From assembly GCF_001194135.2 (NCBI RefSeq), contig NC_068984.1:23174822-23238821 (forward strand): DNA of 64,000 bases. The letters are read 5' to 3'. The DNA is from Octopus bimaculoides (taxonomy: Eukaryota). This document shows, one piece after another, positions 1-12,047 of this stretch. A program made the position numbers and the translations under genes. Within the stretch, counting starts at the first letter, position 1; every line of letters begins with the position of its first letter. The notes below the pieces were generated by a model. It was not told the origin of the DNA and made no database searches. It saw nothing but the letters and a program-made list of their open reading frames with translations.

Positions 1-86
1 TTTGACCTTCTTGGTGGAATCTGAACTCAGAACATAAAGAACCAAAAGAAATAGAGCAAGGCATTTTGTCTAGCAGTCTAACTGAA

Positions 87-2541
87 GGGATGAGGTGAAC
101 CAGGCGAAAAAGGTCAGGGACATCAATGGTTGAGGGGTGCTACCAGAAAAAGAAGTGTGAAGGAGGTCACATGGGCAGAAGTAGGACCAGTGTGGGCTTC
201 TTCACTTTGGGGTGGTCGTGGCAGATGGACACGTGTGGATGCATGAGCTAGAGAGGGAATTTGCTGTTAGGTTCTGGCTATGAGCTAGGTGATTAGGGTG
301 CCTTTTGGATATAACCCAGCCAGATAGTCAATGCTGCAAGAGAACCTCAGAAATAGGTGAATCACACTTTTTCCCTCATACTACAAGCTATTTCAGGCTT
401 TGTGTATTTTTTTTTTTAATATTTGTTTTTGTCCTCTTCCACGATATGATATCACCTGGATCAAGATGATGGCCAGCAAAGCATTGAAGATGTAGCAGGT
501 CTCATGGCTCTGCATCTGGAGGGAAACACATTGGCACTGTACCTTAAATGAATGAAACAGACCAACTGGATGCAGAGAAGATAGAACAGTGCCTACAGGA
601 AGCATTTACAGAAAGATCATATGCTGTGTTTGCCAAGCTAGGAAAGGTCAGGTGGACAGGAGAACAGGTGGATGTATATGCAGCAGAAGACTGACAATGC
701 TACCTGGTTTTATTGGAGAGGGATTAGAAAAGGCAGTACAGTTGGTTTCCTTGATGACATATCAGTGCGGCTGCAACAACTGCCAGGCAGTGAGATGTCG
801 ATGAACTTGTGCAAGCCCATGTGTTGATGCAAAACACCAGGTGGAAAGCAGTGGTAACGGCAGCTACGGAAGCCCACGGCATCATGCAACAATCAACGAA
901 GAATGAGGAAAGAAAAGCCACTGAGGAGCAGCCATGACCATTTATGGGCCGGTGTTTCAAGTGCCAGAGACCATGTGGAGACGAAGTCCAAACCCATTTA
1001 CTACTAGTGCAAGCAGACAAGGCATATCACTCAAAATTGCAGCCAATGAAATGGCCACGAGGAAGTTGCTGCCTCTCAAACTTCCCCTCTGAGCAAGTGG
1101 AGGCTCTTGTACAATTGCAGCGTATAGTTGAAGTCAAGGCTGGAGGAAAAGCATTCAAAGCCAATGAAAGGAGGGTTCAAACAAAAGGGGCTGCAGAGAT
1201 GTTAGTAAATCACCACCTAGGGGTTCTGGGAGAGCTAGCTGCTGAAGTCAGTTTGAAGCTGAGCAAAGTCTTAGTGTTCTCGGAAAGGAATAAGGCACAC
1301 ATTCTAACCAGCATGAAAAAGGCCCAGTTGGCAGTGCTGAAAGATTCTAAGTGGAGGATAGCTGCCGTGTATCAGTTAGGGGACTGCATGCCATGCATCA
1401 TATGGGCGTGGATAGAATCCTGTAATTTGCAAGGTTGACTCCGATGTTACTAGGCAGAGCATTCAAAAAGTGGTTGGGAGCAGTGACAGGTGTCAATCCG
1501 TCAACCCTAATCCAGGTGTTCACGAGCTGGGAAACATCTCAGTAGAGCACAAGTGGAAACAATTGGCAGTGGATGAGACACACTACCAGCAGGAGACGTA
1601 TCTCTTGATGCTCAACTGCAGTCCAAGTTCGATGGAAATGTGGATGAGGTTGCCCGAATCCTGAACAAGATATTCCTGAAGTGGAGACCTGTGGACGAAT
1701 TGCTGATGGACAACTGCATTTTATTCGGAGGTGCTGAAGGAGATGCTCAATAAGTGAAATGTGCACCACTTCTTCAGAGCAGAAATGGGATTATGGAAAG
1801 GCACCATCGCACGATCAAGGTCATGGTGGAGAGGAGATACTTCCAGTATTTTGGTACAATATGTCACCCTGATCAGGACAGGCCAAGGAGTCAGTGTTAC
1901 ACAGAGTGATATTCAGGTATGAATGGTGACCCCGGTATACAGCTTCACAACATTCTGCGGAAGAGAGAGAGCCTACCTTCATGCAGATAAGAGATGAAGC
2001 ACACTGCACATCTCAGTGGAATAGAGGGTCGGCAATGGCTGTTAATTCCAAAAATAATGTCTCTGTGGATGGGATGCCACATCATGTCTTGAATATTTGC
2101 GGAATTGTCATTTCTTCGGATGAAAGAGGAGGAGAGGAAGCAAGCGGTGCTCCATCCCTGCAGAGATTGCAGTGAGTGGAACATTCACCCAGGTGGATGG
2201 CAGATTTCAACATGGCGTGAAGTGAGGAAGTGATCATTGAGATCAGTGGGGCATATGGGGATGAAGTGAATCAGGAGAAAAGGGTCTGTGACGTCAATGG
2301 ATGAGGGGCCCTACCAGAAGAGGAACAGTGAAGGAGGTCACGTAAGCAGAAATAGGACCAACATGGGCCTCTTCACTTCAGGGTGGTTGTGGCAGACATA
2401 TGCGTACGGATGTACAAGCTAGAGAGGAGGTTCAGGCAATAGGTTAGGCAGGAGGGCACTTTTCGTATGTAACCCAGTTGGTGAGTTGACACTGCAAGGG
2501 AACCTGAGCGGTAGATGAATCACTTTGTTCATCATACTACA
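87..2541 (+). mobile_element. Decayed, internally deleted Gypsy-like LTR retrotransposon; LTRs ~87-385 and ~2258-2541
   Basis: Two diverged direct repeats (gggatgaggtgaacc.../gggatgaagtgaatc...) both end in catactaca. The interior has a gag zinc-knuckle remnant (GRCFKCQRP, ~950) and an integrase remnant (RNGIMERHHRTIKVM, ~1780-1830), with many stops and frameshifts. Confidence 0.8.
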
Positions 2542-2694
2542 CTAACAATTTTGATAATTCACAACAACAACAACATACAAGAATAAGGATATGTAAATCT
2601 GAAGTCTTATAGGTGACAGCCCTAAAATGAAATGTGATAAATCTGAAAAAAAAAAAGGGGATAATTATATTTGGTAAGTGAAGTAAGAACATAC

Positions 2695-2835
2695 CAGCAG
2701 TTTTGCCACCCAAGAGTCTGAATGCTTGGCTAAGCAGGTTGAGTGATATGATGAAGATGTACAGGAAGCCATGGACACAGATAATCTTCAAAGTAATCAG
2801 CAGTATACGCACTACCTTGTCACTGGTACCCAGGG
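2695..2835 (-). CDS. SLC34A: Internal coding exon of an SLC34 (NaPi-II) sodium-dependent phosphate cotransporter: (A)LGTSDKVVRILLITLKIICVHGFLYIFIISLNLLSQAFRLLGGKTA(G), first TM segment
   Basis: Translation matches the SLC34 TM1 signature (vertebrate LYxFxCSLDxLSSAFQLxGGKxAG). Minus-strand acceptor ttattgtttttggcag and donor G|gtatgt. The 141-nt exon is phase 1-1 and joins in frame to the 23576-23795 exon. The next expected exon (QSSS repeat) is not in the window, so the gene continues past position 1. Confidence 0.9.
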
Positions 2836-3810
2836 CTGCCAAAAACAATAAGTTCTTATTATAACTCAATGACTAAAATATAATTCAGTTGCATAACTTA
2901 CAGCATACACACACACACAAAAAAAAAATACGAAGGAGAGAATAGATGTTAGTATATATATATAAAAAAAAACATAGCAAATATAAGTGTAAACAATAAT
3001 TGTAATAAGAGCTAAATTGCAATCACACTAATATTTTAATCTAACAGACGAAGAACATTTATAGAAATAACTTTCATATGTAATCAGATAGTGACATGCA
3101 AGAAACACACACACACACACATACATACAAACCACATGAGATACATACAAATCAAATACATACATATAGATACAAATACAAACATAGTCACACACATAAT
3201 ATATATATTATTCATCTGTGTGTATGAGTGTGAATCTCCACTGGTTTTGATGATGAGTATACAGTTCTTTGATCAACTGAATTCTCTACTCAGTGAATTA
3301 CCATCTAAGTGGCTGAGTACTCCACAACCACATGTACCCTTAATGTAATTCTAAGGCAGAAATTATGTGACAGTGAGTAACAAAGCTGTATCTTTGAATT
3401 ATGGGTACATTTCCTTCTGATGGGATTCTATACAGGTTCCACCTACCACTTTCACTCAGAAGGTATGGGTTCACCTGACCTTATATAAAATTTCATTTGC
3501 CCAAGATACCATGCAGCTGGCTCATATCCAGGACTTTGTGGCTATGAGGCATTTGGCCATGCTGCACCTATTATACACACATATATACATACATATATAT
3601 ATATATATATAGTCTGATATAATGAATCCATAAACACATAAAACATCCAAGGGTATATTTTTTTCCCCTCTGAAGATATTATGTTCAGGTCATTTACTTA
3701 ATATATACTGAGTATTAATTGAAACAGCTGTAAGTGTAGATCATTAATTTGCTGTTAATAATAAACAATTATTAACTTCCTAATCTCCATTTTCTTTTTT
3801 TTTTCTTCTT

Positions 3811-3851
<41 letters not shown>

Positions 3852-3852
<1 letters not shown>

Positions 3853-4011
3853 GATGGGCTTCTTTCAGTTTCCATCTAACAAAATCGACTCACAAGGCTT
3901 TGGTTGGCCCAAAGCTATAGTACAAAACGCTTGCCCAAGGTGCCATGCAGTAGGACTGAATCTAGAACCATGTGGTTGAAAAGCAAGCTGCTTTCCACAC
4001 AGCTACACCTA
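3852..4011 (-). mobile_element. tRNA/CORE-type SINE (family A), head fragment, CpG-decayed
   Basis: Similar to the full copies at 37528 and 39779; contains ttgcccaaggtgcc (reverse complement of a CORE-like accttgggcaag). Confidence 0.75.
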
Positions 4012-4364
4012 TTACTGCATAGGTTTGGCCATGATGGTGGCTATAATAAACTAAGGAGTGTATGTAGTATGTAGTATGTATATGTATATATAAAGGATCA
4101 CAAATGCACTTTGTAAATTATGAAACATAATGCAATAAAAAATGAAACTGAAATAAAACAATTTGTTATATTCATTAGGGACTGAAAACTAAAGCAATGA
4201 GTAATTAAGATTAAAAGCAGTCTAAAGTTGAAGACAATTTACATTTCTAACATGAAGCCACATCAATCGTAACACACATACATGAAAGAAAATTTATTCA
4301 TGTTTGAAAAGAAATCTGTCAAAAATATTGTTTCATCAACTGAATTAGTTTTCTTTTTTTTATT

Positions 4365-4577
4365 TTTTTCTGTTCTAGGCACAAGGCCCAAAATTTTAAG
4401 AGAAGGGACCAGTCGATTAAATTGACTCCAGTACACAAAACCTGTACTTAATTTATCAACCCCCGAAAGGATGAAAGGCAAAGTCGATCGCGGCGGAATT
4501 TGAACTCAGAATGTAAAGACAGACGAAATACCCCTAAGCATGTTGCCCGGCGTGCTAACGTTTCTGCCAGCTCGCCG
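4365..4577 (-). mobile_element. SINE family B copy
   Basis: Shares ggcgagctggcagaaacgttagcacgccggg...ttctgagttcaaattccgcc...ctttcatcctttcggggt with the copies at 5270, 9993 and 62549. Confidence 0.8.
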
Positions 4578-5210
4578 TTGGCAGTTTCTCTTTTGCATTA
4601 TAACATTTTCTTTGATACCATTCTCATCATTAGCATCAAGTCTGTTTTTTCATACTGATACAGGTTGGAGAGGATTGCACATATTGAAATGATTGTCTGA
4701 CAACTCTAAGGGAATGAAATTTGCTTAGGGTGTACAAACCTAGGTTGTTATAAAGCATTTTCATCCCCTCCACCCAAAATTTTAGCGAGTGTACTTGCAT
4801 CCTATGCACTCTCTGTTTCCAAATCTATGATAACAGCACCCTCTGTAGTGGATCAGTTACTATGTTGTCTTATCTCTCTCTCTGCCCAGTACTCTGTAAA
4901 GTATTCAGCGAGTTAAGCAGAGAGACGACAGATTTGAAAGGAGTTTTTAGTCTTGCTGAGGACATGACAACCTCACTGACGCGGGTACAACAAGATGCAC
5001 TCTAGAAAGCGGTTGATGTTAGGAAGGGCATCCAGCCCAAAAAATCCATGCTAAAACTGAGACATTTGAGCAAGATATGGTCCTCCAAATTGAAGAGGAC
5101 AGTAACTCTGAATAATAAGTGATTCAGAGTTAGACAATCCAACTGGTACCATCATGGAAAAAAAAATGTAAAATGATACTGATGAACACGTGTGTATGTG
5201 TGTTAACGCA

Positions 5211-5260
<50 letters not shown>

Positions 5261-5269
5261 GTACACGTG

Positions 5270-5501
5270 TTATTTCTTTACTACCCACAAGGGGCTACAC
5301 ACAGAGGGGACAAACAAGAACAGACAAACGGATTAAGTCGATTATATCGACTCCAGTGCATCACTGGTACTTATTTAATCGACCCCGAAAGGATGAAAGG
5401 CAAAGTCGACTTCGGCGGAATTTGAACTCAGAACGTAGCGGCAGACGAAATACCGCTAAGCATTTCGCCCGGTGTGCTAACATTTCTGCCAGCTCGCCAC
5501 C
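5270..5501 (-). mobile_element. SINE family B copy, near full length
   Basis: Same head with a B-box-like gagttcaaattcc; tail variant ending gtagtaaagaaata. Confidence 0.8.
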
Positions 5502-7857
5502 TATATATACAATGTACATGTGTGCAGACATACACACCCACACATACAATTATCTTTTTACATGCTGGCATGGGTTGGCTGGCCCTCATATCTCTCTACT
5601 CACAGTGGTCTTTCATCATCTGGCATAAATAGCAACAGAGGAAAAAAAGCCCAACTCTGTAGTTTATATTGTTATTTTTGGTATGGTTTCTGCAGCCCCC
5701 ATTACTAACCATCTGCAGTGCAGACTGGGTGCATTTTACCATCATGCCTCCAGCAGCACACCCACACACAATACAAATATTTTTTTTCGTTTGTTTAAAA
5801 TACAGAAACAAAAATTAATTCAAGCAAAACACAATTGACAGATTTTTTTCAACTATAAACTCATGTAACAGAAAATATTTGTGATGTAAGGAGAGTAGAA
5901 AATGGTTGTGATGTAAGACATGAAAGAATATTAGACTCTGAATACTTACCTGTAGACCAGGTAAAATATGGTAGGGTTATTATACATATTATGTTACAAA
6001 AATAGGAGGTGAAGAAAAAATTCTTAAACATGCAATTACAGTAGATCTAAGAGATAAGACTTTGAATTGTTGTAGATATATTCTTAAAACATTTAAGGTC
6101 TGAAGTATATATTTTTTTTCAGACTTAGGGTATGTTTATAAATAGACATGCATAAACATGTATATGTATATTATGTGCATATATGTATATAAACAGGTAC
6201 ACGTGTTGAAAAGCATATTGAAATATGCATATTGAAATGAAGTGACTTTGTAAAATTCAAGTCTTTATTATTCATAATCATTATACTGATTGTTAGAAAG
6301 AAAACCAACAATAGCAAAAATCTCTTTCTTTAGAGACTACAAAAATTGCATGGATGGAGTATGAAAAGATTTCAATAGTTTTTTTTTTCATGTATTAGAT
6401 GTTTCAAGGCATGAGGAAATGGAAGATGTAGATATGAAGAAACCTACATAAGGGAAAATATAACTATAAATAAACATATTCTGCTACCACCACCATCACC
6501 TCCATGAGAGTGTTAACATTGACTATGAAGATATTTTCTACACTCCTTTACAGCTAGCCTTCAACCCAGGAACCAAGAGGTAGTATCTCATTTCAGCAAG
6601 GATGATCAAGGAATCCTTGCGTAACATGTGTTTCAATAGGGGCACACTACACTACTAAGGTATATGAGTCCATTATTTGAACTACCAAGTTACTGTATAT
6701 CCAACAATGCTAAGTAAACCTTATATTACATCTTTAATTTAAATACTTCAGAGAAAATAGTTTATTCAAGTAGACCACTTGTGTATTTCTATGTTGTGAC
6801 CATCCCATGCCAGCATGGACAAAATAGATGTAAAAGGAAGAAGGTCAGATTTATTTGCAGGAGGGGAATGTAACAGCAACTGGACACTTAATGTCAAGGC
6901 AACATCCATCAGTGAACTTACAAAAGTATAGTCCATTTAAATATATATGGAAGAGTCTAAGTATTCTTAATTCCTTATTTATATCATAGATGAAGATTTT
7001 ATTTTTTGTTTGTTTGTTTGTTTGTTTAATTTTTTATAACCTGAAATCTGAAGCTGATAAATCTGTAATGCTTTTTTAAACAAAAATTTGAGCAGAAAAA
7101 TTGATTAGATTATTAATTGAAATATGAACTGCTAATTTTCTAAAACAATTTTTTTATTTCAGTTCTCATATTTTGCAGTCTCTTTTGTATCAATATGAAA
7201 CTGTAGATGGAGAATCTCCAAATCTAATCTGGCTAGTATTAATTTTCGTCTGGATTTCTGTTTAAATACAGTAACACAGTACATTGAAGAAACATTACAT
7301 TCCTGAAACTCTTGTTATAACATGGACTTCCTTCATACAAAAAGTATTTTCACATCGACTTCTATACAACATGGCAGCTAATGGGGAAAAAAAAAAGCTT
7401 TATGTTACAGAATTCCATATTATAACCAAAGTTTCAAAAATGCAATACCTCTGTAATGTGCAAGATGCCTGTAGTTCCATTTTGATTTGGTAATGATACC
7501 TTAGATCTTAGGGGAGAGTAACTGGTAAGATATATCATTCCTAACAGTATATTCTCAGTACAAGAGATTCACAACTAACTGATTGAGTCTAACTGGTTCA
7601 GTTTTACTTAACAAGGTTCCTGCTTCTTGTTCCATGGCATTTACCAGAATGTAAGCAAACACTGATAAATTATAGCTGATGTCACTGAATGTAGACATGC
7701 ATGTAATTGAGTGTGTAAAAACAATAATTTACCAATTTCATACATTATATCAACAGTTCAGAAGCTTTTATCATTCATTTCAATATCCAAAACTTTAGGT
7801 ACTGACAGTAGTTTTAAATGCATTTAAAACTCGTAATTATTTGGATACATTCTACTA

Positions 7858-8199
7858 AATTACGGAGATGTACTTGCATAGTAAGTGACCTGATCTGAGA
7901 TTGTGTACTGGAACGAAAACAATTGCAGCGTGGAAGGTGTTTATAAGCCATTTAAAATAACACACAAAAGCCGTCAGATTCACTTCAACATTTAAATTTA
8001 ATTTGTCAAAATATTTTCGTCGCTTTGAGACCGCGACCTGTTCACTGACAAAATTGTGCAGCACAATTTTGTCAGTGAACAGGTCGCGGTCTCAAAGCGA
8101 CGAAAATATTTTGACAAATTAAATTTAAATGTTGAAGTGAATCTGACGGCTTTTGTGTGTTATTTTAAATGGCTTATAAACACCTTCCACGCTGCAATT
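7858..8199. repeat. Interspersed-repeat insertion containing a perfect palindrome (arms 7921-8059 and 8061-8199, 1-nt spacer), flanked by the direct repeat (att)ctacta
   Basis: The arms are exact reverse complements over 139 bp. attctacta occurs at 7849-7857 and 8197-8205. Confidence 0.9.
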
Positions 8200-8940
8200 C
8201 TACTACATGTTATCTCAAAACAGTCTTAAAATTCCAGTATGATTCTTAAGTTTACCATAGGATCAAATTTAGAAATCCCCTCCTTACATCCATCAACATG
8301 AAACTCTAACTGTCATGGATCCTGCGAAGGACATAGCAGAAGTCCCTTCTTACAGACCACACTAATAAAAGCTGATATAATCTTTAAAATAATGTAAGTC
8401 TAATTGAGAATTCAATAAAACAATGTACCTGTTCTATTAATTGACCCAATATTTTCATAAATAAGTGTCAAAGCATCTATAAATACCAATTATCTATATA
8501 TACCCACTCACTTATCTGCACACATCCACACAAGAAAATCTATAGTGCACTGCAACTTGACTATTTTTTGACGAAAATGATTAACTGCTAGAATACAAAT
8601 TAATCTACTGAAAGTATGATAATCCGTTACAAACAGATAATAACAGTTATAATTCAAATAATCAACAAGCTATCTCTTTCTGGGTTTTTTGCATTAGACA
8701 TTTATAAAATGTCATTGACATTTTGTGTCATTAGCAATGCCACGCAATAGTCTAGCTAGCAACATGCGTAATATACTTGGTTACCTAGTAGTAATAATAT
8801 TTATAAGAAAACTGAGCAACAATCCATAGAAAAGGATGGCCATAAAAATTTCCTTGTTTTTTATGTGGTAGATATTCATAATTAAAAATAGATATATTTA
8901 ACACATTTATTATGTAAGTTTTGCGTTGCCTACATCATTT

Positions 8941-9034
8941 ACTCTCTTTTGCTGAACCGCTAAGTTACGGGGACGTAAACACATCAGCATCAGTTTTCAA
9001 GCGATGTTGGGGGGACAAAAACAGACACACAAAC

Positions 9035-9066
<32 letters not shown>

Positions 9067-9232
9067 ATATGACGGGCTTCTTTCAGTTTCCATCTACCAA
9101 ATCCATTCACAAGGCTTTGGTCGGCCTGAGGCTATAATAGAAGACACTTGCCCAAGGTGCCACGCAGTAGGACTGAACCCGAAACCATGTGGTTGGTAAG
9201 CAAGCTACCTACCACACAGCCACTCCTACGCC
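8941..9232 (-). mobile_element. SINE family A copy (3'-truncated)
   Basis: tRNA-like head with A box tggctgtgtgg and B box ggttcagtcc on the minus strand, followed by an internal (TA)n. Confidence 0.85.
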
Positions 9233-9992
9233 TACATATATGTATAAACTTACTAAATTACTGATACATGAACAGTAATGCTCTAATGTACTACAGAGTA
9301 AGGTGATAGATTTAAACCAATACAGTATGTATAATTTAATGGAGCAATTAAATATGTTGAATAGCTGCAAACAACTGTATTATTTTCTTATACAATCTCA
9401 CTACAAGGAGAAAAAGATCGGCTGGTCAAGTTTCAACCTTCATTGGGGTTTCATCAGTAACTGACTATGCTTCTATGTCTACAATAATGCTGTATTTATG
9501 TGTATGGTTGTTGCTTGTGTGTGTTAATTTTTGTATTATTCAATGTCAACTATAATGGTGTTCATTTGTGCCCAAAGGCTTTTAAATGGTGTTCCAGTGA
9601 AATTTTACTACAAATGCAGTCAAGAATTTCTGAAACTATTGTATTTCCAAGCTGTGTTATTGAAAATATAATTGTAAATTGCAAGATCATCTTAAAATGT
9701 CCTTTTTACACCATGCCATATAAAAATAATTTACTAGGATATTTTTCTCAGAAACTAGTGCATTTGAAAAAGCCAAGCTTCGCGCTAAACAAAAAAAAAG
9801 AAGAAAAAGTAATTTTTTATGTGCCGGTGGCACGTAAAAAGCACCATTCGAGCATGGTCAATGCCAGTGCTGCCTGAGTGGCTCCTACGCCAGTGGCACG
9901 TAAAAAGCACCAAAATATTTTCCAAGAGACGGACATGAAACTGTAAACTTGCAGAAACAGCTCATTACCCTCACTAATATTTCACCAACTTA

Positions 9993-10203
9993 GGTGGTGA
10001 GCTGTCAAAAACGTTAACATGCCGGGTGAAATGCTTAGCGGTATTTAGTCTGTCTTTGAGTGCTGAGTTCAAATTTCACCGAGCTCAACTCTGCCTTTCA
10101 TCCTTTTGGGGTTACTAAATTAAGTACCAGTTGTGTACTGGGTCGATCTAATCAACTGGCACCCTCCTCAAAAATTTCGAGCCTTGTGCCTAGAGTAGAA
10201 AAG
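9993..10203 (+). mobile_element. SINE family B copy with a 16-bp TSD
   Basis: Flanks aatatttcaccaactt (9976-9991) and aatattttgccgactt (10204-10219). Confidence 0.8.
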
Positions 10204-10819
10204 AATATTTTGCCGACTTCTACATAAAACCATGAGAGCCCTAACTTGTAAAATTGTGAGCAAGTTTGAAACGTACCATAAATAACATACACTTCTGATT
10301 GGAATACATTTTTATTATCCAGGAAGGCTATTATCTATTATTTTCTCTGTAAATTTTTAACGTTTTCTATTAGTATATATTTTTAATGGAATAAATGTTT
10401 AAGTTCGTAATTCCTGTTTTATGGTCCCCAAAACTCCAAATCATTATAAAATAGTTAACAGATGAGTAAAAATTGGAAGTCTACTTTCCAGGATTTTTCA
10501 GGAATAAGTCCCTGTAAACTGAGCAGTCTGATCATGACAAACATAGTTTTATCATAAGAGCAGGAAACCCATCACTATGTCCTGTTTGATAGCTTATTGC
10601 TAGAGAATTGAAGGAGATTTGGCTGATATTTTTAGCAGATTTAGTTACTAAAAAGAGCCCCCTCACATACATACATACCTACACACATGCATGCATACAC
10701 ATACATACGTATATACATTCAACAGTAGAATGTGATTTGAAGAACATGTAGAAAGCAGAATGATTGAGAGAGATGGAGAGAGAAAGAGAACCATCAAAAG
10801 TATTAGTGTCTGTCTGTGA

Positions 10820-10990
10820 ATGCTCTATGCTATAATGCAATGTAAAGTAGAGGTCACTGTGTTCCACTGTCTGAAGTCACCTTTCTGCTAATTCTTTGAT
10901 CTCACACTGATACCAGTTCTTGTCCATCAAGGCAAAGAACACCTTCATAGAAGCTTCCACCTCCTCCAGGTTGATGAAGTGTGGCTAGCA
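10820..10990 (-). mobile_element. Mariner transposase 3' fragment
   Basis: Minus translation FINLEEVEASMKVFFALMDKNWYQCEIKELAER, typical of a mariner C-terminus. Confidence 0.75.
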
Positions 10991-10999
10991 CAGGAAGTG

Positions 11000-11635
11000 A
11001 GCTACGGATCGGAACAAAGAATAATCCGAGGGAGATATTTTTCTACACTCCTAATGTGCATAAGCAGTAGTTGAGCAAGTTGCCAAACATGGGTGTTTCG
11101 AGCACAAAGTGATGTTCTGCATCCGGTGGAATTATGAGGGGATAATTCACTATGAATTCATTCCGGTTGGTTGAACTATTTATGCCAACATGTATTCCAA
11201 ACAGCTGAAGCAAAAGTATGCCATTATGCATAAAAATTACTTGGCATTGGTTAACAAAAAGTGATAAGACAATGCAAGACCTATTACTGCTTGAGCAACC
11301 TGGAAGAAACTCCAGGAACTTGAAGGAATTGAACTGATGTCACACCAAGCATATAGTCTGGACCTAGTTCCCTCGGACAACTACTTCTTCCAATTCATGG
11401 TTCACTTCCAGTGCTCATGACGCTTTATCAACCAAGAGGAGGTGAAAGCTTCAGTGAAGGAACTCTTTGCATAAATGAACAAGAACTGGTATTGACGTGG
11501 AATCAAAGAACTTGCAGAAAGGTAGCTTCAGATGGGTCAAGAAGATGCTTCTACTTTGAATGCTAGGTTGCTTTTGTTGTAACTTGATAAATAAAGCAAA
11601 TAAGTTATCAAAATATTACAAAACTTTTGACTCAA
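11000..11635 (+). pseudogene. Decayed mariner (DD34D-type) transposase, catalytic domain and 3' end
   Basis: KVMFCIRWNYEGIIHYEFIP...DNARP...HQAYSLDLVPSDNYFF...KELFA*MNKNWY*RGIKELAER, with stops and frameshifts. Confidence 0.85.
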
Positions 11636-11671
11636 CACAATATTTCTATGAAAGCATATGCAATATGTAAA

Positions 11672-12047
11672 TTATTTCGGCACATAAATAGCACCATTTG
11701 AGCGTGATTGTTACCAGCGTTGCCTTCCTGGCACTTGTGCCGGTGGCACATGAAAAGACATTCGAGCGAGATTGTTGCCAGTGCCACTGGACTGGCTCCT
11801 GTGCAGGTGGCACGTAAAGTACACCATTTCGAGCGTGGCCGTTGCCAGTACCGCCTGACTGGCCTTTGTGCCGGTGGCACGTAAAAGCACCCACTACACT
11901 CTCGGAGTGGTTGGCGCTGGGAAGGGCATCCAGCTGTAGAAACTGCCAAATCAGATTGGAGCCTGGTGTAGCCATCTGGTTCACCAGTCCTCAGTCAAAT
12001 CGTCCAACCCATGCTAGCATGGAAAGCGGACGTTAAACGATGATGAT
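11672..12047 (+). mobile_element. Family C non-autonomous retroelement with internal ggtggcacgtaaaagcacc subrepeats and a (GAT)n tail
   Basis: Near-identical 3' copy at 13343-13553 and subrepeats at 9818-9912. Short tandem tails are typical of RTE-mobilised elements. Confidence 0.75.

Noticed and set aside
2581-2644. Apparent 64-nt minus-strand exon with a strong acceptor just downstream of the TM1 exon
   Set aside because: It would need a ~50-nt intron, and its peptide does not match the expected next SLC34 segment (…NPVAGL…VQSSS).
8062-8120. Stem-loop gtcgc-ggtctcaaa-gcgac-gaaa suggestive of a hammerhead ribozyme or SECIS
   Set aside because: There is no CUGANGA core on either strand, and the helix geometry does not fit a SECIS.
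9818-11890. Regularly repeated ggtggcacgtaaaagcacc units resembling a CRISPR array
   Set aside because: Eukaryotic context with no cas genes; the units are internal subrepeats of a dispersed retroelement family.
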